From the IMG/VR virus record IMGVR_UViG_3300042885_000900: a stretch of DNA of 64,000 bases; one strand, 5' to 3'. Of the stretch, positions 10,672-20,086 are shown in pieces; within the stretch, counting starts at the first letter, position 1, and each line of letters starts with the position of its first letter. The stretch comes from a virus (lineage: Duplodnaviria; Heunggongvirae; Uroviricota; Caudoviricetes). The translations under genes and the position numbers were made by a program. The notes beneath the pieces were generated by a model that saw only the letters and a program-made list of their open reading frames with translations, made no database searches and was not told where the DNA came from.

Positions 10672-12252
10672 TTAAATAATATATTCCCACCTAATATTCC
10701 CACAATCATATATCCTATATATTCTTCTATTAAACATAATTTTTTGTTCCGTCATATTTTTATCAAACCCCTCTTTAACTAATATTGACTTTCTATACCC
10801 AAATCTATGTTTTCGTAAATCATTAACAACATACCAATAATTTGGTTTTGATTGGGATATTTTTTTAAACCCCAATTTATCATACATTCCCCCGTCAAAT
10901 ATCCTAATATCTGAATACGAAACAATTTTATTGGGTTGATATGTTTTAACAAAATATTTTAATAATTTTGATGCCCCACCAATTACATTATGATTTAATA
11001 AATTACAAAAACGATTTAATTCCCATTCAGTTTCTTTACCCCCCATTATAATCCTACCTTTTGAAAATGTCATAACAGAAACTAGTGTTTCGTCCTTAAA
11101 TAACCCTAATTTTACTTTTGAGTTAACATTCCCCTGTATGTGATTATCATTTAAAAATTTGGTTGATACTTTTGATGTAATTTCTTTTACCTCACAATGT
11201 CTTCCATAAATTTTATTTTTAATTAATCCAAATTTACCCGTTAATATTGATTTAACAATTTCTTTTTTATATAACCATTCATCTTCAAAAATGTGAATAA
11301 GTTTTATTTCATTTTCTTTACAATCAATAGTTTTTTGTAAATGGTAATTTTTATTTTTAAATAATTCATTATGCCAATAAACCCCGTTCACTTCAATACC
11401 AATATTAAACTTTGGTAAAAATATATCCATTTCAGTTTTCTTATTCGGTATTTTTTTGTTTGTTTCATAATCAATGTTAAAATTGTTTAAAAACTCACAA
11501 ATTTCATTTTCATATCCACTTCTATTTGAAGAACCTATAGGATTACATTTAGTACAAATAATATAATTTCTTTTATGTCTTTCATATAATAATTGTTTTG
11601 ACGATTCAAAAACCTCGTTGCAAATAGGACATAAGATACTTACAGACTCTTTTTTAATGTCAATAAAATTAATATCCGGATATAATTCCTTAAAACTTTG
11701 AATTATTTTATTTTTGTAGTTATTTGTTTTACTATAATTTTCATTACCATATCTATCTAAACAAGTTTTCTTATTTTTTTCAATATTATTATAGTTTTTA
11801 TCTCCATATTTTTTAATTCTAGTTTTTTGACTTTTTTCTATATTGTTATAATTTTCATCACCAAAGTTAATTAACTTGGTTTTTTTTTGTTTAGTTATAA
11901 AATCTTTGTGTTGTGGGTAAAAGTCAATCCCGTATTTTTTTTGAAAGGTTTCTTTTTGTCGTTTAACCATTTCTAATTTATTACCATTAATACAGTTTAA
12001 AGAACAAAATTCACCATATGGGTTATCAAATCTATTTCTAAATTTTAATTCCGTACCACAAGTAACACATTTTGGTCTTTCCAAAAGATTATTATAATAA
12101 AACCATATTTTTTCTTTAAAAATTAAATCCAAAGAGATATCAATAGAATAATCTATTATTTTTTTATATAATTGAGGATGGTTAATTGACAACCATTTTT
12201 CTGTTGTCTTATATCCCGACTTATTATTTGTTGTGAAAAAAGTAAAATCCAT
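10672..12252 (-). CDS. Free-standing homing endonuclease-like protein (zinc ribbons, KKYG repeats, Vsr/PD-(D/E)XK-like domain)
   Basis: CxxC motifs, KKYG/DRYG repeats, EMDIFLP..IGIEVNGVYWH..LIHIFEDEW nuclease core; Lys/Asn-rich; interrupts tube-chaperone synteny. Confidence 0.75.
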   Translation of the reverse strand: MDFTFFTTNNKSGYKTTEKWLSINHPQLYKKIIDYSIDISLDLIFKEKIWFYYNNLLERPKCVTCGTELKFRNRFDNPYGEFCSLNCINGNKLEMVKRQKETFQKKYGIDFYPQHKDFITKQKKTKLINFGDENYNNIEKSQKTRIKKYGDKNYNNIEKNKKTCLDRYGNENYSKTNNYKNKIIQSFKELYPDINFIDIKKESVSILCPICNEVFESSKQLLYERHKRNYIICTKCNPIGSSNRSGYENEICEFLNNFNIDYETNKKIPNKKTEMDIFLPKFNIGIEVNGVYWHNELFKNKNYHLQKTIDCKENEIKLIHIFEDEWLYKKEIVKSILTGKFGLIKNKIYGRHCEVKEITSKVSTKFLNDNHIQGNVNSKVKLGLFKDETLVSVMTFSKGRIIMGGKETEWELNRFCNLLNHNVIGGASKLLKYFVKTYQPNKIVSYSDIRIFDGGMYDKLGFKKISQSKPNYWYVVNDLRKHRFGYRKSILVKEGFDKNMTEQKIMFNRRIYRIYDCGNIRWEYII

Positions 12253-12302
12253 ACATTACCGTATTACACGATAAATATATGGATTTTTATTTTGGATGTA
12301 AA
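12244..12302 (-). promoter_or_regulatory. Promoter (TTTACA-N17-TATATT) overlapping a hairpin that sequesters the endonuclease AUG
   Basis: Perfect inverted repeat 12244-12253/12278-12287, extendable to 14 bp with one G-U, includes the start codon; -35/-10-like hexamers on minus strand with 17-nt spacer. Confidence 0.6.
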
Positions 12303-12317
12303 GGGTATGTAAAAAAA

Positions 12318-12806
12318 TTAATAAACTAATATACAACGGTCCATACGAATTGTTGCCGTAATAGACGCAAGAGCATCGGTTGAATATCCTAATGAATCAA
12401 AGTTAACATCACTTAAAAACGAACCTTCTAAAATCCATTTTTCCACAACAACACCTGTTGGGTCTAACATTTCCAAATCAATATTTTTCTTATATCCCGC
12501 AGCATATCCCATTCTACCTGTTACAGATTCAGCACATAATCTAACCCACTCCATAAGAGCTTGAGACGCTGAAGGTCCAATTGGGTCTCTAAACTTAACA
12601 TTAATTGTTCCCCAAGTAAATCTACCAGCAACATATGTTGAAGTATTTAGAAAAGGAATTTCTGTTGCGTTAATTGTAATATGTGGTCTAGCCGCGGTTT
12701 CAACAAACCATTCATTAATTCCCAAAGAAGATGGAAAACGAACAATAAACCTATTCTGTCTTTTAGGTTCATACGGTATGGGCATTTTCATTAATAAATC
12801 AGCCAT
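12318..12806 (-). CDS. Tail tube protein (T4 gp19-like)
   Basis: 162 aa; EPKRQNRF, YVAGRFTW, YKKNIDLEMLDPTGVVVEKWIL motifs; downstream of sheath. Confidence 0.9.
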   Translation of the reverse strand: MADLLMKMPIPYEPKRQNRFIVRFPSSLGINEWFVETAARPHITINATEIPFLNTSTYVAGRFTWGTINVKFRDPIGPSASQALMEWVRLCAESVTGRMGYAAGYKKNIDLEMLDPTGVVVEKWILEGSFLSDVNFDSLGYSTDALASITATIRMDRCILVY

Positions 12807-12946
12807 TTTAAATTGTTTTTAATTTTATTTTATTTTATTGTTATTCTTATAAATATCCTCAATTAAAATTTTTTCTATTTACTTTTAAAACTTTAAAAAT
12901 TATAATTAAGCATAACTAACTAGATTTTTATTACTAGTTTTTTTAT

Positions 12947-13768
12947 TTAATATTCTTTTTTTATTCCTCCTGCTGTTGAATAAGTTTTAATTATGTTTTC
13001 TGGTTCTTTTTCAAAATGTTTTTTAACTACTTCAACATTTCTTACATCATCATCTGAAAATCCTACTTTAGGTATAAAATAATTACTTATCTTATTTTTT
13101 AAAAATGCTTTTTTCTGGATATGATTAGAAACTTTTTTAACATATTCTACAAATTCTTTTAATGCCTTAATTTTACCTTCTTCTGGGTTGACAGCGGAAC
13201 CCTCACCAAAAGTCACTGGGTAAAATCTACATAAATTTAAATATTCCCTAATCATCTCACTTTTAGAGATTTCTTCTTCATCTGCCAAATCTCTATATTT
13301 CTCTAAATTTTTTATTAATTCTTCAGAATCAATACCATTAAAGTTAGAAACAATATAGTTATAACAACCTTCTTTAAGTACCGATGGAGTGTGTCCTCTA
13401 GCAGTCACGATTGAAAAAATTGACCCGTTGTTAATTGCCTCAACAAAATCAGGCCAAGCTGGCCCTGGTTTAGCTAACATAGCGTCAACAATAAATTGTT
13501 TATCACCTTTTATACCAAAATATCTAAATGGTTCGTCGGCAAATCCAACAATTTTATGGTTTTCATAATCAAAAGGTTCTTTACCAATTTCAGTTCTGTG
13601 TTCCGCAAAATCTTCAGTTGACATACCCACCTCATCACCATCTTCATCTTTTAATACGATTTTAGTTGGCATAGATACAATATTGTCGTCCCAATCAAAT
13701 GCGTAGTATTTTTCATCAGGAGCCCCTGTTTCATCAATACCTTCTATTAATTTTCTATTTTTTAACAT
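12947..13768 (-). CDS. HAD-superfamily phosphatase-like protein
   Basis: Motif I AFDWDDNI, motif II IVTARGH, Lys (EGK), motif IV FSDDD..N. Confidence 0.6.
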   Translation of the reverse strand: MLKNRKLIEGIDETGAPDEKYYAFDWDDNIVSMPTKIVLKDEDGDEVGMSTEDFAEHRTEIGKEPFDYENHKIVGFADEPFRYFGIKGDKQFIVDAMLAKPGPAWPDFVEAINNGSIFSIVTARGHTPSVLKEGCYNYIVSNFNGIDSEELIKNLEKYRDLADEEEISKSEMIREYLNLCRFYPVTFGEGSAVNPEEGKIKALKEFVEYVKKVSNHIQKKAFLKNKISNYFIPKVGFSDDDVRNVEVVKKHFEKEPENIIKTYSTAGGIKKEY

Positions 13769-13791
13769 ATATTTTTGTATGGCTATATTAC

Positions 13792-13817
13792 AACCGACCG
13801 GAATTCACCGGTCAGTC
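13792..13817 (-). terminator. GC-rich stem-loop after tail sheath gene
   Basis: Minus strand GACUGACCGG-UGAAUU-CCGGUCGGUU, 10-bp stem with two G-U pairs; no U tract, so may be a stabiliser/attenuator rather than an intrinsic terminator. Confidence 0.45.
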
Positions 13818-13830
13818 ATAACAATTTTAA

Positions 13831-16800
13831 TTATATATTCTCAAAAGAAGCTCCGGTTGGAGTAATATAGAATGTAATATCTATAAATTCTAATGATTTA
13901 GTTGGTTTGATATAAATCTTACCAGTCATTTGATTTCTGTCTAAATCAGCAGCGTCTGACGATACTGTTACACGGAAATCATATAAACCTCTATCTCTTC
14001 TGATAGCGTCCAAAATAGGATTAACAGCGTCCAAGAAGTCTTGTCTTACTTTAGCATCGTTTTGTTCAAACAATAGTCTTACAGACACCGCAGAAATCAA
14101 TTTACGAGCTTGAAGTAATAATCTTCTAACATTGATTCTATCTAAAGCCGATTGTCTTATTTGAAGAGTTTTATTACCCCAAATTACAGTACCAACATCA
14201 GAGAAAGTAGCAATCGGGTTAATACGACCTTGATAAAGTGTATCTCTATCTTCTTGAGTTAGTTTACGTCTCGCTTTAACCGCATTTACAATACCTCTTG
14301 TGTAACCCGCCGCAGCGAACCAAGGGAAAGCAATATTATCAGTTAATGCTAAATTTCTCGTAACCTCAGCCGTTGCCGGTAAGTAGATTTGAGTGTTATT
14401 AACACTATCTCTTGTTAATACCCAAGGGTAGTAAGTTGCTGTGTAATTAGAATCTACACCTATTTGGTCTAAATTATCTACAGCTTCTTGAGGATAGATT
14501 AAATCTAATTGGTCTCCGGTAGATGGTACAAACATATTGTAATCAGGGGTTGTTGTGATATACAACGAATCCGCTCTATCGTTCTCAATCATATCTATAG
14601 CACTTTCAACTAAATCTGAATTGTTAAGGTAATCAATACCTGGAGTTACAAAAAGATTGATGTTAACCGCCTCAGGATTAGAAAAAGTTTGTTGACCTAA
14701 TTTATATGCGTAATAATCAGTGTTACCCCAATCTTGACTGTTGTCTCCAACCGTGATTTGTTTAAATGCTCCCCAACCTGTTGCTGTAGGATATTTAATT
14801 GATGGACAAGAACCGTGTAAGTAACCATTTCTACCTAATACAAATGTATCACCATTTGTTCTGTATTCTCTATAGATATCCCACCCGTCAAAACCTCCTT
14901 GAACAAGGAAACTAAATTTACGAGAATATAGTCTATAGTAAGGACTTGATTCGTTATCAGGGTCTTTTGTGAATGTTGCGTCTCCAACATAGAATGCCGG
15001 TGTACCACTTGTTGCAAAAGTATTAGGGATTAAGATACTATTAGCGTCTTTATCCATATGGAAACCTTTAGTTCTAGTTGACCAATCATCACCTGTTGTA
15101 TCATTACAAACATCTAATGGTAGTTGTTTACCTTTATATCCAAAGAAATCAGCATCAATACCGATACTATCTGAAATACCAAGATAAGTTCTTCTAACAT
15201 TGTCACCACCACTTCTAGTTGCGTCATCTGCCCCTGAACCTAATCCAAATGGGGGATTATAAACAACCTCACCAGGATAATCATATTTAGTTTTTATGAT
15301 TGGGAATGGTGATTTAACACCCGCATAATCTCTAGAATTAAACCCTAAAAATCCACAAGGAAGTGCATCTACCGGAGCATCTTCATTAAGTTCTAACATA
15401 ACATATTTAGAATTCAATTCGTATTCTCCATCCATAGTACCAACTTTCTTAGCCACAAATGAATTATCATTAGGATTCATATTACAATTTGTAAATTTTT
15501 CAAGAACTACAGGAGCACTATCGGAATCGTAAAAATCTCTAACTAATATATCAAAAGTTCCGTTATTAAATGAAATGTTTGCTATAGATATTTTAACCTC
15601 TGTATTAGCAGAGTCACCATCAGCAATTGTTGTGAATTTAAATAAGTTATAAACTTTATTACCTCTTAATTCAGAAACAACCCATGGAGATGTTGGTGAT
15701 TGATATTTTTCCAAGTACCAAGCGATTGATGTTGGGTCTACACCCTGTCTAGCGTTTGGTAAAGATGTTAAATCACAATTTAAACCTCTAATAAATCCTT
15801 TTCTATATCCATAATTTAATAAAGATTGATATCTTTCTTCTACAAATAACGGAACTGTTGTTCTTGGTTTTGCGAAATTAGATGAACCAAAAACTTTACT
15901 AATATATTTAGAATCCGAATTTTGTAATGAAGTCTCAAAGAAATATGACTCACCATCTTTATTTGTAATATTTAAACCAAAGGTTGAAAATGGGTTTTTA
16001 GTTACTCCTGAATAAGTCAAAGTACAATCCATTGATACATCTGTTAAACCTGATACTTCATAAACTGCTCCGTCATCACTACCATAAGTCGCTATACCTC
16101 TTGAACGAAGAGTTGCAATAACTAAATCGTCAAAATCTGTGTAAGAAGTTCCCGTGTAAACAAATACTTCACCAAAAACTGTTCCCGAATAACAAGATTT
16201 AGTTGTACCAGTATTAGGTGTTCCAGTATTTCCGTTAATATTAACATTACACGGTACTTCAATTTGAACACAAACAGTCCAAGTAGTTTCGGTTGAACCA
16301 TCTTGAGAAAGTAATACATATTCTAAACATCCGTTAGAGAAATCATTATCCGTTTCACCACTTGTTTGAGTTGTTGCTGAGATTGTTACATTTTCGTCAG
16401 GAACACAAGTTTCAAATCCACAAACAATGTTTGATAAATCTATTCCCGACGGAACAATAACATCTATTTTATAAGTGTTGTAGTTTATATTACCAATTGT
16501 TGTAGCACTTAAATCTGATATAACAATTTGAGCATCATTTCCTGAACCTCCTTGTATTATAGTAATTGTATCACCAACTTGATATCCGGTACCTGGTGTA
16601 TTAATGGTTACTCCGGTTACAAGACCTGAATCAACTGTTACACTAACAGTTAATCCAACACCATAACCATCAGTTGTTGTTGTACCACTACCCACAGAAT
16701 ATCCTGTTCCTCCTGAAAGAGACAAATCATCAAATGATAAAACATATCCACCCACACTAAATTCAAAGAAAGTTGAACAGGTTGAAGAGGTAAATGTTGG

Positions 16801-17634
16801 AACTAATGAATCTACAATACTATAAAAAGATGACCCTGTATAAGAACCACTTCCAATGTTATCAAACAATGAATAATACCAAGGGTCGTTTTGAGCCGCC
16901 ATATAATCTGAAAAATCTGAACTAACATTATCAACACCAAACACATTTGTTGATGGTGAATAAGAGGTTAATCCGGTATATACGTCTGTTGGTATTGTAC
17001 CAAAATACGAAATACCGTTATTTGATTCTCCACTAATAGAGTTAAATATTAAATTGTTAATATCTGACCTAAGAGTTGATATACTACCATCAAATAATTC
17101 ATACGGTAAATCTAACCTATTTAATAAGTAATTAGGTAAATCCGTATCAATCACACTAATAGATGATAAACTATCGTTACAACCTGAAAAAGTATATGTG
17201 TATGATGTTGTTAAATAACTTTCACAACCATCAACACAATCAACTATTGTTGGAACATCACAATAAAAATCTATTGTGGTTGGGTCTACATTTGCTTTTG
17301 TTGTGATTGACCAAGATGGTCCCGCATCATATCCGGAAAGACCTAAAACTCTAGTTACAAATAATTGATTAGATTGTTGTAAATATGCTTTAGCGATATA
17401 GGACGCCTCATACTTTGGTATTTGTGTGTTTATAAATTTTTCAGGGGAAGTTCCTCCAAAATACGCCGAGAATTCATCAAAATTTCGTATAAAAATAGGT
17501 TCGAAGGCAGGACCTTTTAAGGTTTCACCAACAATACCTAATGTAGTTACACCCACACTTTGGGCTACGAAACTTAAATCAACTTCAGAAGTATATACTC
17601 CAGGAGATACGAATACTTTACTGTTTGATGCCAT
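13831..17634 (-). CDS. Tail sheath protein with inserted accessory domains (T4 gp18-like)
   Basis: VSPGVYTSEVDLS, GETLKGPAFEP at N-terminus; PWFAAAGYTRG, RINPI, IWGNKTLQ, RINVRRLL, IKPTKSLEFI at C-terminus. Confidence 0.95.
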   Translation of the reverse strand: MASNSKVFVSPGVYTSEVDLSFVAQSVGVTTLGIVGETLKGPAFEPIFIRNFDEFSAYFGGTSPEKFINTQIPKYEASYIAKAYLQQSNQLFVTRVLGLSGYDAGPSWSITTKANVDPTTIDFYCDVPTIVDCVDGCESYLTTSYTYTFSGCNDSLSSISVIDTDLPNYLLNRLDLPYELFDGSISTLRSDINNLIFNSISGESNNGISYFGTIPTDVYTGLTSYSPSTNVFGVDNVSSDFSDYMAAQNDPWYYSLFDNIGSGSYTGSSFYSIVDSLVPTFTSSTCSTFFEFSVGGYVLSFDDLSLSGGTGYSVGSGTTTTDGYGVGLTVSVTVDSGLVTGVTINTPGTGYQVGDTITIIQGGSGNDAQIVISDLSATTIGNINYNTYKIDVIVPSGIDLSNIVCGFETCVPDENVTISATTQTSGETDNDFSNGCLEYVLLSQDGSTETTWTVCVQIEVPCNVNINGNTGTPNTGTTKSCYSGTVFGEVFVYTGTSYTDFDDLVIATLRSRGIATYGSDDGAVYEVSGLTDVSMDCTLTYSGVTKNPFSTFGLNITNKDGESYFFETSLQNSDSKYISKVFGSSNFAKPRTTVPLFVEERYQSLLNYGYRKGFIRGLNCDLTSLPNARQGVDPTSIAWYLEKYQSPTSPWVVSELRGNKVYNLFKFTTIADGDSANTEVKISIANISFNNGTFDILVRDFYDSDSAPVVLEKFTNCNMNPNDNSFVAKKVGTMDGEYELNSKYVMLELNEDAPVDALPCGFLGFNSRDYAGVKSPFPIIKTKYDYPGEVVYNPPFGLGSGADDATRSGGDNVRRTYLGISDSIGIDADFFGYKGKQLPLDVCNDTTGDDWSTRTKGFHMDKDANSILIPNTFATSGTPAFYVGDATFTKDPDNESSPYYRLYSRKFSFLVQGGFDGWDIYREYRTNGDTFVLGRNGYLHGSCPSIKYPTATGWGAFKQITVGDNSQDWGNTDYYAYKLGQQTFSNPEAVNINLFVTPGIDYLNNSDLVESAIDMIENDRADSLYITTTPDYNMFVPSTGDQLDLIYPQEAVDNLDQIGVDSNYTATYYPWVLTRDSVNNTQIYLPATAEVTRNLALTDNIAFPWFAAAGYTRGIVNAVKARRKLTQEDRDTLYQGRINPIATFSDVGTVIWGNKTLQIRQSALDRINVRRLLLQARKLISAVSVRLLFEQNDAKVRQDFLDAVNPILDAIRRDRGLYDFRVTVSSDAADLDRNQMTGKIYIKPTKSLEFIDITFYITPTGASFENI

Positions 17635-17728
17635 TTTTTTTGTTGTTTTTATTTATTAATTTATTTTTATTGATAAATATTCTGAAAAAAAACAAAAGAC
17701 TTTACTTTGTGCGAACTATTTATATTTT

Positions 17729-17759
17729 AGGTAGACTTTTTTCTACCTTTTTTCTACCT
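17729..17759 (+). promoter_or_regulatory. Candidate operator: three TCTACCT heptads (one inverted) abutting the RHH start codon
   Basis: AGGTAGA 17729-17735, TCTACCT 17742-17748 and 17753-17759 (11-bp period). Confidence 0.5.
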
Positions 17760-17924
17760 ATGGATAAAGACATTAAAAAGATTAAAAATTTAAAGATTTC
17801 GATAGAAACCCACGAAATTCTTAAAAATTATTGTGAAAAAAATGGAATCAAAATGTATAGATTCTTGGAAAGATTAATTGTTGAAAAGTGTTCTCCTAAA
17901 AAGGATATCTATGGTGAGGACTAA
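17760..17924 (+). CDS. Small ribbon-helix-helix DNA-binding protein (54 aa)
   Basis: MDKDIKKIKNLKISIETHEILKNYCEKNGIKMYRFLERLI fits beta-strand plus two helices; ATG at 17760 preferred over the ORF-track start, which overlaps the sheath gene. Confidence 0.7.
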   Translation: MDKDIKKIKNLKISIETHEILKNYCEKNGIKMYRFLERLIVEKCSPKKDIYGED

Positions 17925-18958
17925 ATTAAATGGTTTTCTAAAACAATTGACGCCTCTTTAGTCTCATCTTTTTTAACCACAATAAATTTTAAAACATCGT
18001 TTGTGTTGATTTGTATTTGAGGTAAATCAGACCCATAATATTCATTATTAATGAACACATCAAACGACTCAATGTTAATTGATTTACCCAAATTTAAGTC
18101 TGCGGTATAATCAAAAATTTGTGAAATAATATTATTATTTTCAGTAAATAAAACATTTAAAGTTGTACTACTTAGATTTGAATTTAATTTTTTTTGTTTT
18201 TTTGTTGTATTTTTATCAAGTTCCACAACCTGTAATAATCTAGAAATTGCCGGAGAAACTTCAAATTCATTTTCATCAATTAAAAATCCAAGTACAGTGA
18301 AATCATAACTTTGTATGTAATATTTTCTTTTCTCAAGTTCCATTACAGATTCATCCGAAATGTTTCCCATAACGATTGGAATGTAATGTCCTTTGATTGA
18401 TGTATAAGCTTGTTTTGATGCAAACTTCTCAAGTACATTTTTATTAAATTCATTTAATTCCCTCATTCTATTACAAATAATTTTAACAACGAATGAAATA
18501 TCAATAGGAACTGGTTGAGGTATTTTATATATATCCGACCCGTGTCTTTGTCCGTCCCAAGTTGGTACTTGAGCGTAAAAAAATTGTTTTCTGTTTGGTA
18601 TGTTATAAACTATTGCGGGATTTGTACCATATTTAACTTCGGGTACTCTAACTACGGTTATAAATGGGGTCTCAACATTTTTATCTATATTTTGTAAATT
18701 CCAAGTTTCTGTGAATTGTGACCAATTTTGAGTTGTAACCAAAATATCAACCATTGATATGGTTTTACCCTCAACAACGGTTTTTAAATCATTTTTAACA
18801 AAATCCAAAAACCCCCTATCCAAATCCGCATGTAAAATTGATTTTGGTAGGAAAGTTCCGTCTTTATTAATTTTATCCAAAAGTTCTTCTCTTCTTGGTA
18901 AAAGAGTTTTTGAGGATGTTAACGGAATATGTTTTTTTATTTTGTTTGGTAATGGCAT
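17921..18958 (-). CDS. Tail terminator / sheath stabiliser (T4 gp15-like)
   Basis: PFITVVR, IPQPVPIDISF, YDFTVLGFL motifs; upstream of sheath. Confidence 0.65.
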   Translation of the reverse strand: MPLPNKIKKHIPLTSSKTLLPRREELLDKINKDGTFLPKSILHADLDRGFLDFVKNDLKTVVEGKTISMVDILVTTQNWSQFTETWNLQNIDKNVETPFITVVRVPEVKYGTNPAIVYNIPNRKQFFYAQVPTWDGQRHGSDIYKIPQPVPIDISFVVKIICNRMRELNEFNKNVLEKFASKQAYTSIKGHYIPIVMGNISDESVMELEKRKYYIQSYDFTVLGFLIDENEFEVSPAISRLLQVVELDKNTTKKQKKLNSNLSSTTLNVLFTENNNIISQIFDYTADLNLGKSINIESFDVFINNEYYGSDLPQIQINTNDVLKFIVVKKDETKEASIVLENHLI

Positions 18959-18960
18959 CT

Positions 18961-19395
18961 TTATTTTGTTATAAAAATTTTATTTTTTAAATTAATCATT
19001 TCCACTTCATTGGCGTGAAATATAGGTTCTTCGGTGTCTTTCATAACATAAGAATTATACTTGTATGGGTTGTAGGTAACAATATTATTGTTAGGTTCTT
19101 CCGGTAAATTCTCACAAGGGAACTCACAATAATCCATTAAAGTTCCAATTACAAACGCATGAACATTTTTTTGTTTTTCAGAACGAACTCGGTCTTTTCC
19201 TCCAGGTCTAACTCTAAATTCAACATTTTCTAATTTAACATAATCAGAATGTAAAATTATTTTATTATTATATCTAACTGAAAATGTATGTTTATGTAAG
19301 TTATAATACACCATAACTTTTTTACCGATATAATCGTTATCTGAATAAATTTCAAATAATCTTTTTGCTTGAGATTCTGTTATTAATATTTTCAT
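18961..19395 (-). CDS. Hypothetical phage protein with MKILITE leader
   Basis: 144 aa; YYNLHK..FSV and KNVHAFV.G resemble a widespread phage family of unknown function. Confidence 0.75.
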   Translation of the reverse strand: MKILITESQAKRLFEIYSDNDYIGKKVMVYYNLHKHTFSVRYNNKIILHSDYVKLENVEFRVRPGGKDRVRSEKQKNVHAFVIGTLMDYCEFPCENLPEEPNNNIVTYNPYKYNSYVMKDTEEPIFHANEVEMINLKNKIFITK

Positions 19396-19784
19396 TAGTC
19401 GGATACAATTGTTTTTACTGGTAAATCAAAGTTATCTTTAAACCACTCTTTCATAGGTTCTATCCAATAACTACCAAATATGCTGGTTAATTTTTCATAA
19501 TCATTAACAATTAATATTGGTGCCTTTTCCCTAAAAGAATTAGTTGATTCGTCGTCCGAATAATATTCTTCTTCAATATATACAAAAGCAACACCATCTT
19601 GGTCGTAATTACCTTCATATATATGATAAAAATATTCTCTTATGTATGGATTTTCTTCATCATCATATTCATCATCATTCCATGTGGTTGGATGAAAATA
19701 ATCTATGTTACTTACATCAAAAGTATCTTCAAGATAATTATATATTGTTCTATATAATTTATTTTCTGTTATTAATATTTTCAT
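19395..19784 (-). CDS. Hypothetical acidic protein with MKILITE leader
   Basis: 129 aa; overlapping stop/start with neighbours; C-terminal W-x-x-D-x-F motif. Confidence 0.75.
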   Translation of the reverse strand: MKILITENKLYRTIYNYLEDTFDVSNIDYFHPTTWNDDEYDDEENPYIREYFYHIYEGNYDQDGVAFVYIEEEYYSDDESTNSFREKAPILIVNDYEKLTSIFGSYWIEPMKEWFKDNFDLPVKTIVSD

Positions 19785-20086
19785 ATTTCATCTACTCTAT
19801 AAAAGACTTTTGCTCTAAATCCAAATTTATCATTACACCAATTCAATAAAAATTTTCCCGTTTCTTCATAATCTAAACTAAACATATTACTAATAAAATC
19901 CCATATTTCACGAACAATATATAATTGTTTACCTCTCAAATTATACATAATTTTAAACCTCCCATTTTTAGATAAATAAATTTCTCTAAATTCAGTACGA
20001 TTAAATCTTTCTAAATCTCCATAATTTTTATTTAACCAATTTTCAATAATTGAATTTAATACACTCTCTGTTATTAATATTTTCAT
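19781..20086 (-). CDS. Hypothetical protein with MKILITE leader
   Basis: 101 aa; translationally coupled; C-terminal WCNDKFG resembles WFKDNFD of neighbour. Confidence 0.75.
   Translation of the reverse strand: MKILITESVLNSIIENWLNKNYGDLERFNRTEFREIYLSKNGRFKIMYNLRGKQLYIVREIWDFISNMFSLDYEETGKFLLNWCNDKFGFRAKVFYRVDEI

Larger units (their letters stand above)
19376..20086 (-). repeat. Three identical 20-bp gene starts (ATGAAAATATTAATAACAGA)
   Basis: Exact copies at 19376-19395, 19765-19784, 20067-20086. Confidence 0.95.

Noticed and set aside
17625-17759. ORF-track N-terminal extension of RHH gene
   Set aside because: Overlaps sheath start and promoter region; low-complexity translation; ATG 17760 fits the fold.
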